A stretch of DNA of 53,013 nt from a virus. Lineage: Duplodnaviria > Caudoviricetes. This document shows positions 46,040-53,013 of the stretch, piece by piece; the first letter of the stretch is position 1; every line of letters begins with the position of its first letter. The stretch lies in IMG/VR virus record IMGVR_UViG_3300030380_002303, positions 1 to 53,013 of that record. One strand, given 5' to 3'. Under the pieces are notes generated by a model that was not told the origin of the DNA, searched no databases, and was given only the letters and a program-made list of their open reading frames with translations. A program made the position numbers and the translations under genes.

Positions 46040-47275
46040 TTATGTCAAAGCTCCTGTAGCACCTACTAATATTGTATTATCACCACTTGATGCAGAACAA
46101 TAATAATTAAGCATATATGTTCCTGCAGTTGTTAATGTTGTTAATATATCTGCATTAATAGCCACACTTGCATGTGCTGATATAGTATGACCACCACTAT
46201 TTACTAACATAACAGTTCCAGATTGTCCTTCTGCAGGATTGCTAAATGTTAATGTGATATTACCAGATGGTGTACATTTAAAAAAGTTACTTACACTTAA
46301 ATCAAAATCACCATCATTATCTGTTGTTTGAGTACCTGTGCCTCTACCTGCAACTGTAACATCATTATTTATAGCCAATGAAACATTATCTTCAACTGTC
46401 ATTACTGCAGTGCCATCATATTGTTGAAATATAATATCTTTTGCATCAGTAAGTGGTTTAATGATTACATCACTTGATGAATTAGCAATATTTAATTTAT
46501 TACCAACTAATCCAAGACTTGCATTATCTTCTATTCTGATAACTTCTGTACCATCATATTGTGATATAACTAAATCATCAGAATCTACTGCAGGTTTCAT
46601 TATAACTTCACCTGCTGTTCCATCTAAATCAAAAGTAATTTGGTCAGTTCCACCATCTTGTAATTTAATATCACCAGTAGTTGAATTAAGATGTAATTCA
46701 CCAGTTGCATCAATAGATATTGGTTCTGCCGATATAGTTAATCCTGTTGTGCCATCATGTGTAAATGTAACATCATTACCTGCACCCATATTAATTACAG
46801 AACTATCAGATGTAAGACTTAAATCATCTTCAACACTTAAATCTGTAGTGGACAGATGTGTAAAAGCATCAACAACTGCACCACCAGAACCTGCACCATC
46901 AAGATAAACAACTTTTGTTTTACCATTTGGTATTGTTACAGTGCTACCAGAACCTTGTTTTATAATAATATCTTGAGAACCAGAACTTGCGTTCTCAATA
47001 ATATGCACTCTTTTTATTGTATTTGGTGCAATAGTTAAAGTTCTAGTAGCTGTGAGAGTTGCTGAAGTAACTTTAATATACATGGCTCTAGCATTATCTG
47101 CTGAACCATCTGCAACAGTTTCTGTAGCATTAGCATCAGATGCTATATTAACAGTGGCAAAACCTAATCCTTCACCAATTAGTTCAAGATTAGTGTTTGT
47201 AGAAGTTCCCCAAGTGCCAGATTCAGCACCTGTGGCTATTTCTTTTAGCCTTAAATTGTTTACATATGTTGCCAT
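46040..47275 (-). CDS. Tail fibre, proximal
   Basis: SGTWGTSTNTNL N-terminal anchor, Ser/Thr/Gly-rich, internal duplication VIxKP..D..QYDGT. Confidence 0.75.
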   Translation of the reverse strand: MATYVNNLRLKEIATGAESGTWGTSTNTNLELIGEGLGFATVNIASDANATETVADGSADNARAMYIKVTSATLTATRTLTIAPNTIKRVHIIENASSGSQDIIIKQGSGSTVTIPNGKTKVVYLDGAGSGGAVVDAFTHLSTTDLSVEDDLSLTSDSSVINMGAGNDVTFTHDGTTGLTISAEPISIDATGELHLNSTTGDIKLQDGGTDQITFDLDGTAGEVIMKPAVDSDDLVISQYDGTEVIRIEDNASLGLVGNKLNIANSSSDVIIKPLTDAKDIIFQQYDGTAVMTVEDNVSLAINNDVTVAGRGTGTQTTDNDGDFDLSVSNFFKCTPSGNITLTFSNPAEGQSGTVMLVNSGGHTISAHASVAINADILTTLTTAGTYMLNYYCSASSGDNTILVGATGALT

Positions 47276-47691
47276 TAGTCAATCCTTATAATTGCATTAG
47301 CTCCTGCCGCTGGAAAAACTATCTTAAAAGTTCCTGATGATACTGTAAAATCACCACCAAAATCTAAAACTGCGATAGCTTTATTACTATTAGATGAATT
47401 ATATATCAAAGCACCTCTAGCTGTAAATGATGCACTTGTAAATTCTGGGTCTGCCGCATCAAAAAAAGCTGTTGTACCTGATGTTGAAACAGTTGTACTT
47501 GTTAAAGTAACACCACCTGCTGTATAACCAGTTCCAGATACTTCGTTACTGGTAGAATAAGCTGTAGTTCCTTCTCCTAAACTTGCACTGCTTGTAAACA
47601 ATGCTAATTTTATTGTGTCAGTAGCCATCTGATGTCCTTCTTGAAGAATCTCAGATTTAAAACTGGTGCACATTGCTTGTGTGATAGCCAT
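47275..47691 (-). CDS. Conserved virion structural protein
   Basis: TSFKSEIL..KLALFTS..SGTGYTAGG..VLDFGGD. Confidence 0.7.
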   Translation of the reverse strand: MAITQAMCTSFKSEILQEGHQMATDTIKLALFTSSASLGEGTTAYSTSNEVSGTGYTAGGVTLTSTTVSTSGTTAFFDAADPEFTSASFTARGALIYNSSNSNKAIAVLDFGGDFTVSSGTFKIVFPAAGANAIIRID

Positions 47692-48317
47692 TATATGCCT
47701 CCTTCGTATTCACTCGCATAGTTTCGTTGCATTTCTTGTTGAAACAATGCTATTGCTTCATCAAATTGCTGTTTATACAAGTTTACAGTATCTGGAGCCT
47801 TAAGAAAAGTAGAAGTTTCATAAAGACACGCAGATAATAAAACTTGCTCTGCATTATCACCTATCCAACTATTTGCGTTCAAGGTGGATAATCCTGTTTC
47901 TAAACCTATAAAATCAATCTCAAATGCCAAAGTTGCAGATGGCACAGGACTTACTAACACTTGTATTCCAGAAGTTGTAGCTTTTTTTGTAGCATAAAAT
48001 TCTGGTTCTCCTTGTGTTGTAACATTAGGTCTAAAATCTTTTATATAACTGTCTGTTCTATGTTTTAAATACACAACATTGCTTGATGATGTTGTTATTT
48101 GTACTTGTCTAATCATTCTAGCATTTGCTACATTTATTGTGGCAGTGCCAATAGAAAAATTACCAGTATTTGTTTGTCTATAACATGGTAAATTAGGCAA
48201 TCTAGCAAATATCATATTTTCTGATTGTTTAATTATTTCTGGTATAGATGTATCTAATTCTGTGGAATCATCTTCTATAAAATTTTTTATGTTTGTTTCT
48301 AATTGTGTAAAATTCAT
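47691..48317 (-). CDS. Head-tail adaptor/tail tubular A-like protein
   Basis: MNFTQLETNIKNF..GEPEFY..VSPVP..VLLSACLYE. Confidence 0.65.
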   Translation of the reverse strand: MNFTQLETNIKNFIEDDSTELDTSIPEIIKQSENMIFARLPNLPCYRQTNTGNFSIGTATINVANARMIRQVQITTSSSNVVYLKHRTDSYIKDFRPNVTTQGEPEFYATKKATTSGIQVLVSPVPSATLAFEIDFIGLETGLSTLNANSWIGDNAEQVLLSACLYETSTFLKAPDTVNLYKQQFDEAIALFQQEMQRNYASEYEGGI

Positions 48318-49856
48318 TTAATTACCCCATGTTCCATCACCCCAAGTGCCACTACCCCACTCTTGGTTTACAGTAATACTTTCAGTTCCAATAGCACCAG
48401 TACCTGCTACTCCAGTTTCAATTACTTGTGAGGATGATACTTCATTTCCTATTTCACCAGTACCTGCTACACCTGATGTGCCAGTGACGTTGATTTGAAC
48501 ATTACCATTACCAGATACTCCAAATCCTTCAACTGCACCTGTACCTGCTACTCCAGTTTCAACTGCATTAATTTCCAATGCCTCTGTTCCAATAGAACCA
48601 TCACCTGCTACACCTGTCTCAGTAATAGATGCTTCTGGTGTTTCTGTGCCTATTGCACCAGAACCTGCGACACCAGTTTCTGTAATTGTACAATCAACAA
48701 TTATACTTTCTGAACCAACAGCACCAGTACCTGCTACTCCAGTCTCAGTTAGTGATGCGACTGGCACTTCTGTACCAATTGCTCCTGTACCTGCCAATCC
48801 TGTTTCTGTTATAGATGCAAGTGGTATTTCTGTGCCTGTAGTTCCTGTTCCTGCCACTCCTGTAACACCTATGTCAGTGCCAGAGAATGTAATAAAATCA
48901 CCTATTGCACCTGTTCCTGAAACACCAGTTTCTGTTATAGTAACATCTGCTTCAATACTTTCTGTTCCTGTAGCACCAGTGCCTGCTACACCAACCTCTA
49001 TTATAGATGATTCTGGTGTAATTGTGCCTATGTTTCCTGTTGCCTCAACACCTGTTTCATCTATAGATGCTAATGGTACTTCTGTTCCTATAGCTCCTGT
49101 ACCAGATACACCAGTTTCATCAAACACAGCATCTGATTCAACACTTTCAACACCTGTTCCACCTGTACCTGCAACACCTGTTGCTACGACTTGAGAAGAT
49201 GGTATTTCTGCACCTGCAACACCAGTACCTGCAACACCAGAAGTTCCTGTTACTTTAAGTTGTACATTGCCATTACCTGATACACCAAATGGCTCAATAG
49301 CACCTGTTCCTGCAACACCTACTTCTGTAATACTTGCTTCTAATATTTCTGTTCCTATTGCACCTGTGCCTGTTACACCAGAGGATGTTACATCTGCATC
49401 AAATTGTATGGTTTCTGTGCCTATTGCACCTGTACCTGCAACACCTTGTTCTTCAATTTGTGCTTGAATTTCAGAAGTACCAATATTACCAATTCCATTT
49501 TGACCAGATGGACTTGGTGTTGAGTCTTGGTTTATTTCTGGTGTAAAACCCCCTATTCTACCAAATGCAGGTATTCCAATAGATGTTTGACTTCTCTCTA
49601 ATCTTGAAACAAAAGGATTTTTTGTAAAACCAATTTGTATTTCTACATTATCTGGGTCATTATCTGGTCTTGGATTAAATAATGCAGTAGCATCTACAAC
49701 ATTTTTTGCAGGTGTTAATTGTGGATGTTTAGGGCTATATTCTTCTGGCTCTACTCTTAAATTATCCCAAGTTGTTTTAAGTTGAGTATAACGTACCTTA
49801 AAACCAGATATATCACTGATTGCTTTAGATTTTTTACCTGAAGCAAACCTAGCCAT
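48318..49856 (-). CDS. Virion protein with degenerate Zn-ribbon N-terminus and long tandem G-V-A-G-T-G repeat
   Basis: 512 aa; roughly 17-18 units of about 21-23 aa; C-terminal WGSGTWGDGTWGN. Confidence 0.75.
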   Translation of the reverse strand: MARFASGKKSKAISDISGFKVRYTQLKTTWDNLRVEPEEYSPKHPQLTPAKNVVDATALFNPRPDNDPDNVEIQIGFTKNPFVSRLERSQTSIGIPAFGRIGGFTPEINQDSTPSPSGQNGIGNIGTSEIQAQIEEQGVAGTGAIGTETIQFDADVTSSGVTGTGAIGTEILEASITEVGVAGTGAIEPFGVSGNGNVQLKVTGTSGVAGTGVAGAEIPSSQVVATGVAGTGGTGVESVESDAVFDETGVSGTGAIGTEVPLASIDETGVEATGNIGTITPESSIIEVGVAGTGATGTESIEADVTITETGVSGTGAIGDFITFSGTDIGVTGVAGTGTTGTEIPLASITETGLAGTGAIGTEVPVASLTETGVAGTGAVGSESIIVDCTITETGVAGSGAIGTETPEASITETGVAGDGSIGTEALEINAVETGVAGTGAVEGFGVSGNGNVQINVTGTSGVAGTGEIGNEVSSSQVIETGVAGTGAIGTESITVNQEWGSGTWGDGTWGN

Positions 49857-50554
49857 TATCTTAAATTTAATCCTGTAGGTTGTAGTTTTAGACTTACACC
49901 ATCATTATCATTTGTTGATGCATATTCAAATGCTTCGTTGTAAATCTGTTTAAGTAATGCATATTTGTCTGGTGCATATTTAATAGATAATTTACTAGCT
50001 AATCCTGCACAAATACATTCTGACCATGTATAAGGAATATCTGTATCTTCATTAGATGCAGTTATATCTTCTAATTGATTCATTGACCAATAATTTAATC
50101 TATATGTGTTTCTATCTGGTGTTTGCCATACAAACAATTTATAAATATTGTTTGAGCCTGATTGTCTACCTTTATCTAACATATATTGATTTGGTTTACC
50201 TGTATCTGATTTATTTGGTATTTGATTGTATTCGGATATTGTAACTCTATTTATTATAGTATCTGTTCTTGTTGCATCAGCACTATCAAAAATAACAACA
50301 TCTAATAAATCAGTAATACCTGCAGGCAAATCATAAGAAGATGTGTCTGCTGTTAGATTTAAAGTTCTTTGTGTTACAGTCCAATAATTTATGCCTCTAT
50401 TAGCCCATTCAGAAAATAATAAATTAAGACTTCTTCTGGCAGATATGGCTTGATATCCAGTTCTTGTTTGAATATCAATACCACATCTTTCATATGCTTC
50501 TGTAATTATCTCTTCAACATTTGGTCTAAATGCAACTGTTCCTGATGTTGCCAT
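49856..50554 (-). CDS. Head-tail connector/adaptor protein
   Basis: EEIITEAYERCG, ARRSLNLLFSEWANRGINYW, EYNQIPNKS..GKP. Confidence 0.7.
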   Translation of the reverse strand: MATSGTVAFRPNVEEIITEAYERCGIDIQTRTGYQAISARRSLNLLFSEWANRGINYWTVTQRTLNLTADTSSYDLPAGITDLLDVVIFDSADATRTDTIINRVTISEYNQIPNKSDTGKPNQYMLDKGRQSGSNNIYKLFVWQTPDRNTYRLNYWSMNQLEDITASNEDTDIPYTWSECICAGLASKLSIKYAPDKYALLKQIYNEAFEYASTNDNDGVSLKLQPTGLNLR

Positions 50555-50563
50555 TTTTTATCC

Positions 50564-50974
50564 CTAATATTTTTTCTTCATTGTTAAAACAATCTGATAC
50601 GAATCGCCTGCACCTGCACCAGTGGTGGTAAATTTAATATCACCAGTTGGACTTGTGCCAGTTTGTTTGGTATTTGGTAAACCCCCAACATCAGTATAAT
50701 CAACTTCACCAGATTGTCCTTCATCAAGATTAAGCATAATTATATTTGTACTAGCACCTGCCAAGACTTGTACAGTCATGCCTTTAACAACCCATGTGCA
50801 TTTAAGTATTTTCACTCCTGTACATGAGTCACCATTTGCGTTTGCTTGTAATGTTGAAACATCAACTTTAGTTACTGCAGATTCATTTCCAGTATCTACA
50901 TATTGATATTGAAATGCCATTACAATTTCTCTAGTGTTTTCAGAAAGAATAGTGCTTGATGTAATATCAGCCAT
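50564..50974 (-). CDS. Conserved virion protein
   Basis: 136 aa, beta-rich, GGGAGG RBS. Confidence 0.65.
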   Translation of the reverse strand: MADITSSTILSENTREIVMAFQYQYVDTGNESAVTKVDVSTLQANANGDSCTGVKILKCTWVVKGMTVQVLAGASTNIIMLNLDEGQSGEVDYTDVGGLPNTKQTGTSPTGDIKFTTTGAGAGDSYQIVLTMKKKY

Positions 50975-50987
50975 TTAATCCTCCCTA

Positions 50988-51455
50988 TTAACTGTCAGCA
51001 AATGGTGTTGCTACTGAACCAGAACCAATTAAAAGACCTTGCACCATGTATTCAGCAGTTGCTAATGCAGTTATTTCTACATAAGAACCTACTTTACCAC
51101 CTTTAGTGCCATTATTCATATCAATAACATCATTTGTTGCACCGGGTACAAATGCTTTTTTTGCGTCATCATCTACTGCAACCATTATTGAGCCTACATA
51201 TTTGTCTGTTCCATCTGTTTTGATTTTACCTGTCATATTAGTGCCAATAAAAAAGGTGTATTTAGCACCTAATTCTGCTGATTTAATTGATGGTAGTGTA
51301 ATGACACCATTTGCATCATTGACTTCAATAATACGACCTGCATGGTCATTAAATGTTAATGTTGTATCTACTGTAATATCTACAATATTATTTGAACCTG
51401 CTTGTATAAAACCATTGTTTGATACAATCGGTCCTGAAAATGTTGATTTAGCCAT
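50988..51455 (-). CDS. Putative head fibre/decoration protein
   Basis: MAKSTFSGPIVSNNGF N-terminus; first gene after the MCP. Confidence 0.65.
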   Translation of the reverse strand: MAKSTFSGPIVSNNGFIQAGSNNIVDITVDTTLTFNDHAGRIIEVNDANGVITLPSIKSAELGAKYTFFIGTNMTGKIKTDGTDKYVGSIMVAVDDDAKKAFVPGATNDVIDMNNGTKGGKVGSYVEITALATAEYMVQGLLIGSGSVATPFADS

Positions 51456-51464
51456 GTTAATTCT

Positions 51465-51500
51465 CCTTGTCTTGGCTATTGTCTACTTTCGTAGTCAAGG
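51465..51500 (-). promoter_or_regulatory. Structured leader (GAAA tetraloop) overlapping an RBS
   Basis: Minus strand CCUUGA-CUAC-GAAA-GUAG-...-CAAGG AG. Confidence 0.5.
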
Positions 51501-51511
51501 TTAATTATTAT

Positions 51512-51533
51512 GGGTGGGCTGTTAAACCCACCC
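51512..51533 (-). terminator. Hairpin after the MCP
   Basis: GGGTGGG-8nt-CCCACCC, weak U-tract. Confidence 0.65.
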
Positions 51534-51543
51534 TGTATTGCGA

Positions 51544-52455
51544 TTATGCCGCACCTTCTGTTCCAAAAAGACCTCTCCAGTCTGTAAAACCAAAAGAATA
51601 TCTTTCACGAACTTTGTAACGAACATTGCCTGTTTCAAAATCTCCTTCAACACCTCTTTTAAGTGGTGAACGTTGAAACATTTTCATTCCATCAGGCACA
51701 TCTGTCTTGATAAAAAATGCATCACTATCAGTTAATCTTCTCATAATGTGATAACCTCTTGGCATATATCCACCATTATTTAATGCATTAATATCATTAT
51801 CTGAAGTACCACTTCTCAATTGTGAATCTAATATTCTTTGAGCAGTAAAGGTATAGGCAGTTGGAATAATTAACATTGTTCCTTGTGCCGCTATTCTTAA
51901 ACCTTTATCGTCTTTCATATCAGCAATTTGAATTAAAAGTGATTCAATAGATGTTTCTGATAAATCAGCCGCTGTAGCCAAAGTATTACTTTGATTACCA
52001 CTTGCAGTTGGATGTGATGTACTTAATAAAGCGACACCATCACCACCTGCATGAACTCCTGCTGATGTTGAATTGTTTAAAATGTTAGCCGCTTTAATTT
52101 CTTTAGTTGCTGACATACTTCTAGCTAATGCTTTAGTATATCTTGAAGCGATAGAACCATATAATCCATCTTCTTCTGCTTCCTCAGTAATTGAAAAGGC
52201 TAATGCGATAGTTTCATGCTGATATCTGGCAGTAAAACCTTGTGAAGCTGAATCATAAGATATTGGTGCACCTTCGTCTTTTGTTGGTGCATTACCAAAA
52301 CCTGTTAATAATACATCTTCTTCAAAAGCTTTATTTGAAGTGTTAGCATCAAATACAGCCTGATATTCAGCAGGATATGAGTCGTACTCAAGACCAAAGA
52401 GAGTATTCAATCCCGGCTCAAGTAATTTAGCAAATTGCGCTCTATTCATAGACAT
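51544..52455 (-). CDS. Major capsid protein (Mu gpT-like environmental family)
   Basis: 303 aa; LEPGLNTLFGLEY, ARYQHETIALAFSITEEA.ED, RYKVRERYSFG.TDWRG; followed by a hairpin. Confidence 0.9.
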   Translation of the reverse strand: MSMNRAQFAKLLEPGLNTLFGLEYDSYPAEYQAVFDANTSNKAFEEDVLLTGFGNAPTKDEGAPISYDSASQGFTARYQHETIALAFSITEEAEEDGLYGSIASRYTKALARSMSATKEIKAANILNNSTSAGVHAGGDGVALLSTSHPTASGNQSNTLATAADLSETSIESLLIQIADMKDDKGLRIAAQGTMLIIPTAYTFTAQRILDSQLRSGTSDNDINALNNGGYMPRGYHIMRRLTDSDAFFIKTDVPDGMKMFQRSPLKRGVEGDFETGNVRYKVRERYSFGFTDWRGLFGTEGAA

Positions 52456-53013
52456 AAATTACTCTCCTTATATTCCTGCAGTTTGCTTGAGGATATGCTC
52501 ATTAATGAGTACTTCAAGCTGTGCATATTGAGCAAAACTATTTGATGGGTCTTCCCACAATCCAATAATTTTACATGTTGCTGTTCCATTAGACATAGTT
52601 CCACTTAAATCAAAGCCAGATTGACCTGTTGTTGTAGAACCTGCTCCTGCTACGACATCAGCATTTGAGCCAACATCTGTTTGTGCAGGAGTGCCTGCTG
52701 ATTGTATTCTAAAAACAGTGTATGGGTCATCATACACATAAGCCACAATATCTGTAGCAACTGTGCCTGATGGCCAAAATTTTGAATACACATATTCTCC
52801 ATCACTTGCAGTGTATGAAACCCCTGCAAATACACCTATATTATTAACTTCTGTTGCAGTATGCGGTGTGATTACACCATCTGCAGTAAGAATTACAAGG
52901 TCTCCAGTAAAAATGTTTTCTGCTAGACCTGATGTAATAGTATATTTGTTTGCTCTTGGGGCATTACCACTCATATGACGGACTACCTTAAAACCATAAG
53001 GTGCATTAGGATT
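52406..53013. repeat. Imperfect terminal direct repeat, copy 2
   Basis: Colinear with 1-608 at offset 52405. Confidence 0.97.
52468..53013 (-). CDS. Putative capsid decoration protein, allele B (5'-truncated by the window end)
   Basis: 15 amino-acid differences from 63..614 over the shared 168 aa. Confidence 0.7.
   Translation of the reverse strand, partial: NPNAPYGFKVVRHMSGNAPRANKYTITSGLAENIFTGDLVILTADGVITPHTATEVNNIGVFAGVSYTASDGEYVYSKFWPSGTVATDIVAYVYDDPYTVFRIQSAGTPAQTDVGSNADVVAGAGSTTTGQSGFDLSGTMSNGTATCKIIGLWEDPSNSFAQYAQLEVLINEHILKQTAGI

Overview
Apparently complete, circularly permuted genome (unit length 52,405 bp) of an AT-rich tailed phage, probably a podovirus of the marine/freshwater environmental type. 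The host cannot be determined from sequence. Positions 1-608 reappear at 52406-53013 as a diverged allele flanked by exactly 77 identical nt on each side, which points to an assembly bubble. Most genes are on the minus strand: HTH repressor, replication initiator, primase-helicase, ParB, glycosyltransferase, terS, terL, portal, an ~9 kb block of putative capsid-cargo and small basic proteins, GroES, scaffold, decoration protein, major capsid protein, adaptors, tail fibres, lysis genes, nozzle and ejection proteins. A plus-strand early region (22.7-30.8 kb) and a small plus-strand cassette at 3.0-3.6 kb are driven by repeated sigma70-like promoters. No integrase, DNA polymerase, methylase, tRNA or CRISPR array was seen. 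Two candidate undescribed systems stand out. (1) A two-layer early-gene regulon: a 15-bp operator (AACAC-N5-GTGTT) overlaps the -35 box of six promoters, about nine genes share a GGGAGAAAACAAATG leader, and a structured non-coding element at 30851-30927 carries the exact antisense of that leader plus a 14/15-nt antisense to the one promoter lacking the operator. (2) A set of putative packaged/ejected proteins shares a short GAL tag, an LDPRSVVREGE motif or a Cys-led C-terminal domain. All family assignments come from motif recognition by eye, not database searches.
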